This document shows, piece after piece, positions 42,579 through 52,957 of a stretch of 64,000 nt of DNA. The stretch is from an uncultured delta proteobacterium (GTDB taxonomy: Bacteria; Desulfobacterota; Binatia; UBA9968). The DNA is taken from positions 64,001 through 128,000 of the forward strand of contig CAVUZH010000005.1 of the NCBI GenBank assembly GCA_963745835.1, given 5' to 3'. A model generated the notes under the pieces. That model did no database searches. It had not been told where the DNA came from and saw only the letters and a program-made list of their open reading frames with translations. Every line of letters starts with the position of its first letter. Position 1 is the first letter of the stretch. Made by a program: the position numbers and the translations under genes.

Positions 42579-43021
42579 ATGATTGGAATGGATAAGGGCA
42601 CTCTTAAATCGGGCTCACTACGGCGCTCCTGATTGCGCTTCCGGCATGCGCCAGTCACAAGCCTTCACTTCATCCGAACGAACACTTGATGCGGGTCGGA
42701 TCTAGCGTTGCCGAGCGTGACATCGATCTATGCATCCAACAGGCAGAAGTTGCTCGCGAAGGTCAAAAGAATCTTGCGGAAAACGGCGCCGTTAGCACGC
42801 CCGGCAGCGCTGCTATCGGAGCAGTCGCTGGCGGTGCAGGCGGTGCAGTGGTCGGTCAGGCCGGCCAAGGGCGCGGCCATAGGAGCGGCAAGCAGCGCTG
42901 CCGCAAGCCTAATGTATTCTCTTTATGAGGACTTTTCGGACCCAATAAGCCAGCCCCGTCTTACGAGGGACTCGTTGACCGGTGCCTTCGCGAAAACGGC
43001 TACGAGCCGGTGTGGAAGTAG
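42579..43021 (+). pseudogene. Glycine-zipper lipoprotein, several frameshifts, start uncertain
   Basis: LLIALPAC lipobox-like, HPNEHL.RVG..AERDIDLC, GAVAGGAGGAVVG..GAAIGAA, VDRCLRENGYEP in shifting frames. Confidence 0.6.
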
Positions 43022-43155
43022 TGTGGTCCGGGGGTGGATCCCCTAAGGGAGTTCACACCTGGTAAAGTAACCTGATGTCTCGCCGATGATACGAAAGTAC
43101 GCTAAAGTACATCTAAAAAGTGGCTTACAGGAGATGGATATGTCAAGGGCAAAAA

Positions 43156-43401
43156 TGTGGATAAGTCGCGATAGCACTCTTTTTTTGTTGATCAGCAGCT
43201 TGGAAAATACTTGACAATGATAGCCAACTCTCTACAGGGGTATAAAATATCAGATCTCTAGGCAGATTTTCTTAAGATCATGAATTTAAACAACAATTGA
43301 TGTCCAATTTTTGGGCATTTTGCTCAAAGCCCGCTCTGTACCGCGTCTCCCACTCGCTGAACCAAATTATCCACAAAGTTATCCACAGTTTCGGTGGAAA
43401 A
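43156..43401. promoter_or_regulatory. DnaA-box cluster flanking an AT-rich segment
   Basis: TGTGGATAA 43156-43164, TTATCCACA 43367-43375 and 43379-43387, near-box GGTGGAAAA 43393-43401. Confidence 0.7.
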
Positions 43402-43534
43402 TCACGCTGCGTGGGCTGAAGATTACGTCGAAGGGGAGCGTCTGTCGCAACTATGGGATTCGACCGTGCGTCTGAATCAGTGTTCCCTTAGAGTCTCCCC
43501 GAATCGATTGGAGCGTCCAATAAGACGAATCCTT

Positions 43535-44289
43535 TCAATCCTTGCGGTGAGGCGGAGCCGGTGGATTCTCAGGCGGTTCGTAAGTGACGCTTCCTCGTCA
43601 GCCAACACAATATCGTCTGTGCCGCCATAGGGTTCCTGGTTAGGAATCGTGCCGGGCAGGACATCCTGCGTCTCTTCTTCTTTCCAGCGATCCTCACGCT
43701 TCCAAGCCAACCGTTCGATCTCTAAGTGATCAACTATTTCTTGCACTCCGGCTACATCGGTCAGGATGTGGAGTAAGATAGAGTGCTCCGCCTCGCTCGG
43801 GAGCGCGCCTTCGAGATAGACCGCCCCATTGCGAGCGATAAGCTGAAGCTCGTGCATATCGACCTGACCGTCTCCGCTGACGAGCGCCCGTAAGTGATCC
43901 TGCAATTCTTCGTCATCCATCAACTCGAGGTCTGGTGGTAGCGGTCCGCTAGGGGGAGGGTCTCCTTCGGCTGACTCTTCTTCCTGTCCGGCTGCATCCC
44001 GCCTCTTCTTCGGAAGCGCAATTACCGCAGAAAGTGGTCGTTGGATTCGCCTCGAGACGCTCCTCGCCGATCGGTTGGCGACAATGTTGCCGAGTCTGTC
44101 CTGCTGTCGCTCTTTCAATGCTTCCAAGAAACAGGCGCACACTGAGGTTGTTTCAGGGATCACGATTTCGGGCTGCAGATCGCCCGCAAGCTTTTTTGAC
44201 AGCTCTTGCTGTCGCGATAGTTCATCGATTAAAACGCGCCGTTCACGCTGTAATCGATCGGTGACCGATCGCACGAAACGTTCGTCCAT
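43535..44289 (-). pseudogene. TraR/DksA C4-zinc-finger + BON domain protein, disrupted (internal deletion and frameshifts)
   Basis: N-terminal coiled coil; CRQPIGEERLEANPTTTFCGNC in a second frame; BON-like DDEEL..DGQVD..GAVYLEG..VAGVQEIVDHL; tail GVTYEPPENPP..KD* after a further shift. Confidence 0.7.
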
Positions 44290-44948
44290 GATGTCCTCCG
44301 TAGTTGTTGAACGGACAGCGAACCGTGGTGTTTAATCAACCTGCGCGCCCGTTGCTGCGAGGATGATATACTTGAGGATTATCGCAAGCCGCATACTAGG
44401 AACACCCTGCACGGGCGGCGGTGTAGACGTGAACCATCGCGAACATCCATGCGGGCAACATGTCGGTGCGCAAACAAAAAAAATCGAGCAATAGTTCGCC
44501 TCATCGACGGTCACGCTTAGTAAAGTCTAGATCTAAGTTTCGATATCACACGGACATCTCGAGGAGTTGCTTCATCTGAGCCCGCGGGCCTGTAACAAAA
44601 ACCGGACTTGGCTTAATCCCAATTGCTTCAGAGAAGAGATAGAAAGTCACGACCAAGTTCACCTTCATGGAGATGCTCATTCTTGATTTCTTCGCGTTCG
44701 CTGCACCGCGACGCGCGAATCTGCCGGACGCGATGATCAAGCTGAATGCAGGTACGCACTTGCGGCAAAATAAACTGTTCGGGAAAGGACCGGGAGAGTG
44801 CAACGGCTACCGGATTTGAGGTGGCAATCTAAAATGAAGTTAGCGGCCGCAGCTCACCGTCGATTCGAACCTGGACTTTTGCGCCTTGCGAGCTGGATTT
44901 CGAAGAAGCGTAACCGTGATACAGAAAATGAAGGCGAGAGCATCAAAG

Positions 44949-45455
44949 TTAACCTGAGCAAGCCAATGCGAGCACCTGATTGTTTCGCGAGATCAGCTGT
45001 GAGCCAATATCGGTAGCTTGTAACTCGTCAGTTTCGAGGCCGAGATTCTTTGCTTCCAGGTGACACGCGTAGCATACGATCATGTTCAGTAAGATCAAAC
45101 CATCTTCTTGGGTTCTCACCAAATAGGCCTTGTTGTTCAGGAGAATGCCCTCGCAATGATCGCATGTTGAATTTGTCTCGATATCTGCAGAGTGAAGCGG
45201 CTCGGGGCGCTCTCTTGTTTTACCAAGATCTGATCGCTCCTGAGACGCCGCCGCCGAGTTCTTTACATATGGTAATGCGTTCAGCTGCTCTTGCGATCGC
45301 TGGGCTGCATATAGATTGCGGTGAGTTGCCTTGAAGCGGAGAAAACTTTGTTCAACAAGACGACGGGAAATCTCGATGGAGCGTTTTGTCCTTGATTTGA
45401 TGTCACCGAGCCGGGCGAAAAGTTGGTCCCGGTCGATTGCCTTGCTGCGGACCAC
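44949..45455 (-). CDS. Hypothetical protein with C-terminal CxxC..CxxC motif
   Basis: AAGGAGG before GTG 45455; CDHC..CYAC. Confidence 0.5.
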   Translation of the reverse strand: MVRSKAIDRDQLFARLGDIKSRTKRSIEISRRLVEQSFLRFKATHRNLYAAQRSQEQLNALPYVKNSAAASQERSDLGKTRERPEPLHSADIETNSTCDHCEGILLNNKAYLVRTQEDGLILLNMIVCYACHLEAKNLGLETDELQATDIGSQLISRNNQVLALACSG

Positions 45456-45796
45456 GATGCTTTCCTCCTTATTTAAATAATTCGCCTTTTGCGGAGCAAT
45501 AAACGGACCCAACCGTAAGTTAATGGAATTTATGAGAGTTACAGCGAGAGCGAAGCCGAAGCTGGAAGTTTTAGATGACATAAATGTACAGCCTGGACAA
45601 AAAATGCAGCCTGGCGCAAGCCGGGGGTTGTTAATTTGCTGTTCTAATATCAGCCCGAGATGGAATCCGGGCAACGCATGAGGGTAAGTGGGCGAAGGCG
45701 CGGACCGATTTGTAAGCGGACTGTGAAGAAAGTTGCTTGTCGGTATTTTTAATCGTGTTGAGCTACGATCGCGCAGAGTACTGCTTCATGAGTGTT

Positions 45797-46357
45797 TCAA
45801 TGCTGCAGCAACTCGGTAGAAGCAATTCGCTTATTCGCTCGTTCAAATACTTCTCTGGCATGCTCAATGTCGTAGGGCCGTTCCTCAAATGTGAGCGGGT
45901 CCCATTCGCTGCGCGGCACGGCGAAGAAGTCGCCGCCATAAACATGGATCGCTGCTGTGATCTGATCAAGCGGATTGGTAACTGAATGGATTACCGCCTC
46001 GCCAAGAGGGATAGTTTCCTTGAGACCAAGCGTCTTTCCGCCTTGAACAATGAGACCGCTTTCGCTTCTGCGATAGAAAGCGTTGTCTTCCCGTCCGGAA
46101 TATATTCCAATCACAGCCCACATTCGATGATCATGCGGATAGAGTGACATACCCGGTCCCCACAGTACGTTGAGAATCGTCAAAGTTTCGGCGCAGTAAA
46201 GGGATTGGAGACCCGACAACTTGGGCTCTCCGAGCGATCTCAAAAGCTCCTGTGGTTGACTCACTGCCTGCGCCACGATTTCCCTCACCGCGGCGTGCGG
46301 GTTTTTTTCCCGAAGAGCACTACGACACGTTTCTATGAAGGCTTCGAGTTCGAACAT
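45797..46357 (-). CDS. Cysteine dioxygenase-like (double-stranded beta-helix) protein
   Basis: WGPGM..PHDHRMWA, REDN, IHSVTNP, AIHVYGGDFF; start set at MFELE. Confidence 0.8.
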   Translation of the reverse strand: MFELEAFIETCRSALREKNPHAAVREIVAQAVSQPQELLRSLGEPKLSGLQSLYCAETLTILNVLWGPGMSLYPHDHRMWAVIGIYSGREDNAFYRRSESGLIVQGGKTLGLKETIPLGEAVIHSVTNPLDQITAAIHVYGGDFFAVPRSEWDPLTFEERPYDIEHAREVFERANKRIASTELLQH

Positions 46358-46795
46358 GAGGGAATCTCCTTCGAAGGAGATTCGATTCCTATCGGGGGTG
46401 CATTCCCTTTTTAACTCGCCGGCGCGGGAAGTCAAGTTAGTTTTCACTGAGTACATGCTCTACACCATTTCAAATGAGCTGCGCTTTCTGACGTGCAGCC
46501 TCGAGTGCAGCAATCTGGATATCAAACCTTAAGGATGGCGGGGCGTTGATGAACTCGATCCGGATTTATTGAATTCTGAAATTCAGAAAATGCGTACAGT
46601 TCGGTCTGATGTATGAGGATCAAGCACACAAGTCAGTCAGGATAGGTTGACTCGCGTGACTCGTTTCAGTTTTCTGCGGCTCCGATCGTCCCATATGTAG
46701 AACAAGTAGGCGCTCTTCCATAGCTGAGTAGCGTCAGTTGGGCTTCCACCAATAAATTTTTACAGTGAATCAGAAGATCTACGTTTCGATCCTGC

Positions 46796-46811
46796 TGGTA
46801 TGCGCATTGCA
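46796..46811 (+). promoter_or_regulatory. Sigma54 promoter candidate
   Basis: TGGTATGCGCATTGCA upstream of the second treZ. Confidence 0.65.
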
Positions 46812-46954
46812 CAAACTGAGAACGCAGAGGCGATTCTGCGTCCCTAGCCTTTGTCGTCCTTCTAATTCCATTCGAACTTTTTGCAGGTCATCGTTAGAGT
46901 TCGATAGATGCGAAACTTCTGAAAGGAAATTTTGTAGGCGACACACGGGAGTCG

Positions 46955-48848
46955 ATGAAAGCGGCAACAATCAGTCCAGGAGTTTACAACCGGCGATTTC
47001 CTGTTGGAGCCGAACCGGCGACGGATGGAGTTTACTTTCGCGTCTGGGCGCCGCAAGCGAAACGAGTCGAGCTCTTGATCGGCGCCGCCGACTCCTTGCA
47101 GCCGGAGGAACTAGAGCCCGAAGCGCAGGGGTACTTTTCCGGTTTTGCGCCCGGGTGCGCTGGAGGCGATCTCTACCGTTTTCGCATAGATGGACGAGAG
47201 CAATTGCTGCCGGATCCAGCGTCCCGATTTCAGCCCGAAGGTCCGTTTGGCCCGTCGATGATCGTAGATGCGTCTCAATTTGAATGGCACGATGCTCAGT
47301 GGAACGGCGTAGGCCTCGCCAATCAGGTTATCTATGAGATGCACATCGGCACTTTTACTCTCGAAGGCACCTGGCAAGCTGCCAGCCGGCAGTTGCGCGA
47401 ATTAAGCATGCTCGGCGTGACCGTGCTCGAGATGATGCCGATCAATGATTTCTGCGGCAGCTTTGGATGGGGCTATGACGGCGTGAATTTTTTCGCACCC
47501 ACACGGCTGTATGGCGCACCCGACGATTTGCGCGGGTTTATCGATGAAGCGCATCGCGCCGGTCTCGCGGTCATCCTGGACGTGGTTTACAATCACGCTG
47601 GCCCAATGGGAAACTTCTTGAAAGATTTCTCGAAAGATTACTTTACCAACCGCTATGAAAACGAATGGGGTGAAGCGATCAACTTCGATGGTTCTAACTC
47701 GGGTCCGGTGCGGGAGTTCTTTCTCACTAATGCGCGTTACTGGATTTCCGAATTTCACTTTGACGGCCTGCGCTTAGATGCCACACAGGCGCTGTTCGAT
47801 GGGTCTGAGAAACACATCCTTGCCGAGCTGGTCGAAACCGCGCGCCAGGCAGCGGCGCCAAGATCAATCATCGTCATCGGCGAAAACGAACCTCAAAACA
47901 GCAAGCTCATGCGTCCTGCTGAGGAGCAGGGTTACGGCCTCGACGGGTTGTGGAACGATGACTTTCATCATACCGCGATGGTGGCTTTGACCGGGCACAA
48001 TGAAGCATATTACGCAGATTACCTCGGTAATCCGCAGGAGTTCATTTCCGCTGCCAAACACGGTTACCTCTATCAGGGACAGTACTACCGCTGGCAAGAG
48101 AAGCGCCGCGGCACCTCAACGATGGGGATCAAGCCCGCGGCTTTTGTCAACTATCTGCAGAATCACGATCAAATTGCTAATAGCGGTCGGGGCTGGCGGC
48201 TCCAACATATGACGGACCCTGCGCTCTACCGGGCAATTACTGCCTTGTTTCTTCTCTGTCCGCAAACGCCGATGCTGTTTCAAGGACAGGAGTTCGCCGC
48301 TTCGACTCCGTTTGCTTATTTCGCCGATCATCAAGGCGAGCTCGGCGAAAAAGTAAAACAAGGCCGGAGGGAATTCTTGCATCAGTTTCCCAGCCTCGCG
48401 ACAGAGGCGATCCAAGCGCAACTTCCCGATCCGACGGATCCGCAGGTTTTTGCCTCGTGCAAGCTCGATTTTTCGGAACGAAGTCGCCATCACGAGACCT
48501 ATGCGTTGCATCAGGATCTTCTTCGTCTGCGCCGCGCGGATGCTGCCTTTAATTCGCAGCAGGCTCGAGCAGTAGACGGAGCCGTGCTCGGCGATCGCGC
48601 GTTGCGTATTGAGATTCTTTGCGCCGGATGGCAAAGATCGCCTGCTGCTGATCAATCTGGGAATCGATACGATGCTCGGGCCGGTTCCGGAGCCGCTACT
48701 CGCCCCTCTCCCTGGCACTACCTGGCAGGTTCTTTGGTCGAGTGAGAACCCGCGCTACGGCGGCACCGGCGCACTGCCGGTGGAAAATGAAAGCGGCTGG
48801 TTGATAATTGGCAAGAGCGCCGTTGTCCTCGCGGATTGTTCTGAATGA
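46955..48848 (+). CDS. treZ: Malto-oligosyltrehalose trehalohydrolase paralogue, frameshift near 48605
   Basis: RRFPVGAE, PDPASRFQPEGP, WGYDG, DVVYNH, LRLDATQ, WNDDFHH, QNHDQ; C-terminus LRFF..DRLLLINLG..PEPLLAP in ORF 48609-48848. Confidence 0.88.
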
Positions 48849-50875
48849 ATCCTCTTCTTGTGCGCACGCTCACCGATATCCCGAAGATAAAGCTCGATCC
48901 ACCGGAGCTTACTCATCACCCGGAATGGCTCGTGACCAATGGCCTTGGCGGTTATGCCTCGGGAACGGTATCCGGGGCGATGACGCGCCGCTATCATGGT
49001 CTGTTGATCGCGGCGTTTCCGGCGCCCTTGGGAAGAATGATCCTGTTAAACGATCTCGATGAAGAGGTTCACCTTCCCAATAATCGCGTTGTCCATCTAA
49101 GTACCCGCTATGGTGATTCCGCCGAGCCCACTGCAGAGTTGCTTGAGTTCCGCCTCGAAATGGGTCTGCCGGTTTGGCGTTATCAGATAGATAATAATTG
49201 GATACTCGAAAAGTGGCTTCATCTGCCCTATCGGCAGAACACGGTTTTTATCACCTACAAAACGCTTGATTGCTCCGATGACATCCGGCTCAAGCTGCGG
49301 CCGTTGATCCAGTTTCGCGGTCACAGCGATGATGTCGACGCGCAACCCAAAGATCCCTATGTGCTGAGTGTGTTGGAAGATCAATATCAGATCTCGACGG
49401 GAAACCTGCCGCCCCTGCGTCTGCTGATCTACGCTAAAAGCGAGTTCGTCATCGAAAGAAAAAAAATTGAAAAGGTACGCTACCTGCGCGAAGAACAGCG
49501 CGGCTATCATGTGATCGGCGATCTTTGGACTCCCGGCACCTTTGTTCTCGATGTAGTCGCCAGCGAAGAGAGTACCCTGGTGGCTTCGACGGAGTCGTGG
49601 GAAGTCATGCGCGCCATGCGACCCGCCGATGCGCTGGCAGCTGAACGTGATCGCCGCGCGCGCCTGATTGCATTAGCCGATAGCAGAGCTCAGTCAGGAT
49701 TCGCCGCCGAGTTAGTGCTGGCCGCGGATCAATTCATTACCGTACCGACGGGCCGCCTCGCCGATCAGACTCGTACCCAGGCTGCGGGCGACGAAATGCG
49801 CACAGTTATCGCCGGTTATCATTGGTTCACCGACTGGGGACGCGACACCATGATCAGTCTGGAGGGCCTGACGCTTGTCACCCGGCGTTTTCTCGAAGCC
49901 GGGTGGATATTGCGCAATTTCGCCAAGAGCATCCGACACGGATTGATTCCCAATCTATTTCCGGAGGGAAGCCGCGAGGGACTCTACCATACGGCGGATG
50001 CCACTCTATGGTTCTTTCATGCGATTGAGCGCTATGTTCAAGCCACCGGCGACCGCTGGACTCTTAGGTTCCTCCTCCCCAAACTGATCGAGATCTTCGA
50101 GGCGCACATCCGTGGAACTTTGTTCGGCATCAGCGTCGATCCCGACGACGCGCTGTTGCGCCAGGGCGAAGAAGGATACCAACTGACGTGGATGGACGCT
50201 AAAGTTGGCGATTGGGTTGTCACTCCGCGCCGCGGCAAGGCCGTTGAAATCGATGCACTCTGGTACAACGCCCTGCGCCTTCTGCAAAAATGGGTCGCGG
50301 AAGAAAACGATCAGAAGAAGGCGCGCGACATAGGCGCTTGGGCCGACAAAGCTAAAGACTCGTTCAACAAAAAATTTTGGTGCGCGGCGGAGGGTTATCT
50401 TTACGACGTCATCGATAGCCCTCAAGGCGACGATGCCGCCTGCCGGCCGAATCAATTGCTGGCCATCTCCCTGGATCATCCAATTCTCGAGTCAGGTCGC
50501 TGGGAGCCGGTCCTGAGAACGGTCCAACAGCGTCTTCTGACTCCATTCGGATTGCGCTCGCTTGCCGCAAACCATCCGGATTACAAGTCAAGATATTTTG
50601 GCGACATTCGCGCGCGCGATGCCGCTTATCATCAAGGGACCGTTTGGGCCTGGTTGATCGGCCCGTTAATCGATGCGTGGCTCAAAGTTTATCCCGAAGA
50701 TCGCACCGGCGCGCACGAGCTTTTACGTGGACTTATTCCGCACATGAATGAGCACGGTATCGGTTCGATCAGCGAGGTCTTCGATGCGGAACAACCGTGG
50801 ACTCCCCACGGCTGTATAGCCCAGGCGTGGAGCGTTGCCGAGGTGTTGCGCTGCTGGGTCAAGACGGCGCCGTGA
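48845..50875 (+). CDS. Amylo-alpha-1,6-glucosidase (glycogen debranching enzyme)
   Basis: EWLVTNGLGGYASGT, RRYHGLL, IAGYHWFTDWGRDTMISLEGL, LTWMDAK, AYHQGTVW, QAWSVAE. Confidence 0.92.
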   Translation: MNPLLVRTLTDIPKIKLDPPELTHHPEWLVTNGLGGYASGTVSGAMTRRYHGLLIAAFPAPLGRMILLNDLDEEVHLPNNRVVHLSTRYGDSAEPTAELLEFRLEMGLPVWRYQIDNNWILEKWLHLPYRQNTVFITYKTLDCSDDIRLKLRPLIQFRGHSDDVDAQPKDPYVLSVLEDQYQISTGNLPPLRLLIYAKSEFVIERKKIEKVRYLREEQRGYHVIGDLWTPGTFVLDVVASEESTLVASTESWEVMRAMRPADALAAERDRRARLIALADSRAQSGFAAELVLAADQFITVPTGRLADQTRTQAAGDEMRTVIAGYHWFTDWGRDTMISLEGLTLVTRRFLEAGWILRNFAKSIRHGLIPNLFPEGSREGLYHTADATLWFFHAIERYVQATGDRWTLRFLLPKLIEIFEAHIRGTLFGISVDPDDALLRQGEEGYQLTWMDAKVGDWVVTPRRGKAVEIDALWYNALRLLQKWVAEENDQKKARDIGAWADKAKDSFNKKFWCAAEGYLYDVIDSPQGDDAACRPNQLLAISLDHPILESGRWEPVLRTVQQRLLTPFGLRSLAANHPDYKSRYFGDIRARDAAYHQGTVWAWLIGPLIDAWLKVYPEDRTGAHELLRGLIPHMNEHGIGSISEVFDAEQPWTPHGCIAQAWSVAEVLRCWVKTAP

Positions 50876-50963
50876 TCAAATAGCCGAAGCCCAGGGTGAC
50901 TTCCAGCCTTGCCGTACATTAGCTAAAATTTTGGCCCGTAGTTGACCGTAGCTACCTCTCTAT

Positions 50964-51011
50964 ATACCGGAATACCGGATACCGGATAACACCGGAATAC
51001 CGGATACCCGG
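50964..51011. repeat. Short tandem repeat of ATACCGG-like units
   Basis: Six CCGG-cored units; 18-bp ACCGGAATACCGGATACC repeated at 50966 and 50991. Confidence 0.85.
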
Positions 51012-51169
51012 CCGCGCGATCCATTCAGCTTTCCGCTTTCCGAATTACTAATCTCCTTTGCTGTCCCGGTTAAGGGGGGATTCATTCACCGCTTGTCCCA
51101 AAATTAGAATGTAGACAGCCCAAGTGTCGGCATTTGTAGTGAATATCGCATGAATAAACTTCCGTTTTT

Positions 51170-51185
51170 TGGCATATGCTTTGCG
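51170..51185 (+). promoter_or_regulatory. Sigma54 promoter candidate
   Basis: TGGCATATGCTTTGCG, ending 35 nt before the CBS gene ATG. Confidence 0.72.
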
Positions 51186-51219
51186 GCCCTGAGTCAGAAA
51201 GAAAAGGAGGTGTTCTACC

Positions 51220-51651
51220 ATGCAGATCAGAGACATCATGACGAGAGAGGTCGAAGTCGTACCAGGTGATGCTCCGGTGCGCGAAGCCGCCGCCAAGATG
51301 AAACAGCTCGACGTCGGAGCAATACCCGTCTGCGACGGGCAGAAGTTAACCGGTGTGCTAACCGATCGTGATATCGCGGTGCGTCTGGCTGCGGAAGGAC
51401 GCAACCCGTCAGAAACTCGGGTCTCCGAAATCATGACCCGGGATCTCTATTATTGTTTTGAGGATCAGGACGTCGAAGAAGCGGCTACGGTAATGGAAGC
51501 AGGCCAGATACGGCGCCTGCCGATACTCGATCAAGATCGGCAACTGGTGGGTATAGTTTCTCTCGGTGATATTTCGGTTCGGTCGGATGAAAAAACGGCG
51601 GCGGCCGAGGCTCTCGAAGGAATCTCAGAGCCGGCGGCGCCGAGACGATGA
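51220..51651 (+). CDS. CBS domain protein
   Basis: IRDIMT, VGAIPV, GVLTDRDI, IRRLPI, GIVSLGDI; AGGAGG RBS. Confidence 0.9.
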   Translation: MQIRDIMTREVEVVPGDAPVREAAAKMKQLDVGAIPVCDGQKLTGVLTDRDIAVRLAAEGRNPSETRVSEIMTRDLYYCFEDQDVEEAATVMEAGQIRRLPILDQDRQLVGIVSLGDISVRSDEKTAAAEALEGISEPAAPRR

Positions 51652-51729
51652 ATGGCACCCGATTCCGCCTCGCCGTGACACTCCCTCAGCAATCATTTGA
51701 TGAACTCATCAAGTCGAGAAGGAATGCCT

Positions 51730-51879
51730 ATGACTATCGATCGGCTCAAGCGTGACAAAAAGCGCGGTGCGGGGCGAGTCCGCACGTCGGGTGACCGGAC
51801 GCGCGGCGAAACTGTGAAAATAAAGCCTAAGGACGAACACGCCTGCAGAACTAAAAACATCAAACCGCGGCGGGTGTAA
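51730..51879 (+). CDS. Hypothetical small basic protein
   Basis: Lys/Arg-rich ORF filling the CBS-Ku gap; AAGGA upstream. Confidence 0.35.
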   Translation: MTIDRLKRDKKRGAGRVRTSGDRTRGETVKIKPKDEHACRTKNIKPRRV

Positions 51880-51884
51880 TAGCA

Positions 51885-52784
51885 ATGGCTCGTTCAAACA
51901 AAACAATCGCTCACAAGAAAAAGACGAAGGCTGCCGCAAACAAGTCCGCCGGACGAGCGCTGTGGAAAGGGTCGATCAATTTCGGCCTGGTGAATATACC
52001 GGTAGCGCTTTATCCCGCGGAAACATCAAAATCGCTGGACTTAGATATGCTTGATCGGCGCGATTTCTCGCCGATCAAGTATCAACGCATTAACAAAAAG
52101 ACCGGCAAGGAAGTTGCCTGGGATCAAATCGTCAAAGGTTACCAGTATCAAAAGGGCGAATACGTCACTCTTAGTGATGAGGAATTGCGCAGCGCCAATG
52201 TCGAGGCAACTCAATCTGTAGATATTCTCGATTTCGTCGCAGGCGATGAGATCAGCCCGGTATATTTCGATAGGCCGTACTACTTGGAACCGCTGAAAAA
52301 CGGGCGGCGCGCCTATATGCTTCTGCGTGAGGTGTTACTCAAATCCAACAAAGTCGCCATCGCCAGAGTGGTCATTCGCACCCGTGAGCATCTCGCGGCG
52401 GTGATTCCGCAGGCCCACGTGCTGATTCTCAACCTGCTCCGCTTTCAACATGAACTGCGCGATAGCAAAGGGCTGGATATTCCCGTGTCGGACAGCAAAG
52501 GTCGGGCAATCAGCGCCAACGAATTGCAGATGGCTGAGCGGTTGATCGAGGCTATGTCGGGCCCGTGGAATCCGGCAAAGTATCGCGACGAGTACCGCGA
52601 AGATGTGGAGAATCTGATTGAAAAGAAAATCAAAAGCGGCCGGCCGCGCGCGGTCTCAACCGACAGTAAAGGTCCGGCGCGCAAAACCGGAGGCAAGGTG
52701 GTCGATATCATGAGTTTGCTCCAGCGCAGCGTGGCTCAGACCCAGAAAAAGGACGATGCTCCACGGCGGCGAAAGGCGAGCTGA
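51885..52784 (+). CDS. ku: Non-homologous end joining protein Ku
   Basis: RALWKGSINFGLVNIPV, IVKGY, YFDRPYYL, YRDEYRE, VVDIMSLLQRS, basic tail. Confidence 0.95.
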   Translation: MARSNKTIAHKKKTKAAANKSAGRALWKGSINFGLVNIPVALYPAETSKSLDLDMLDRRDFSPIKYQRINKKTGKEVAWDQIVKGYQYQKGEYVTLSDEELRSANVEATQSVDILDFVAGDEISPVYFDRPYYLEPLKNGRRAYMLLREVLLKSNKVAIARVVIRTREHLAAVIPQAHVLILNLLRFQHELRDSKGLDIPVSDSKGRAISANELQMAERLIEAMSGPWNPAKYRDEYREDVENLIEKKIKSGRPRAVSTDSKGPARKTGGKVVDIMSLLQRSVAQTQKKDDAPRRRKAS

Positions 52785-52957
52785 AGGAGTCCCAGAAATT
52801 CACTAATGAACCGAAAGCGAAAACCGACACCGGTTTACACGGACATCAACTTTCGTTTCATTGTCAAACTGATCTGAAGCTTCTTGAGTAACACGTAAGC
52901 GCATAGATCAAGAGCATTGCGGCTCATCTGTTACGGCGCGACTTGCTCTTCTGAATC

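Noticed and set aside
43211-43248. TTGACA ... TATAAA sigma70 promoter in the DnaA-box region
   Set aside because: The spacer is 24 nt and there is no credible downstream plus-strand gene
44855-44880. Minus-strand CCAGGTTCGAATC resembles a tRNA T-loop
   Set aside because: The flanks do not pair into a T-stem and no cloverleaf forms
42023-46950. Prophage or integrative element in the gene-poor stretch
   Set aside because: No integrase, transposase, phage genes or att-like direct repeats were found
50964-51011. Possible CRISPR array
   Set aside because: Units are 7-11 bp with no unique spacers, and there are no cas genes
52934-52947. CGGCGCGACTTGCT before ligD as a sigma54 promoter
   Set aside because: GG-GC spacing is 8 nt, not the required 10
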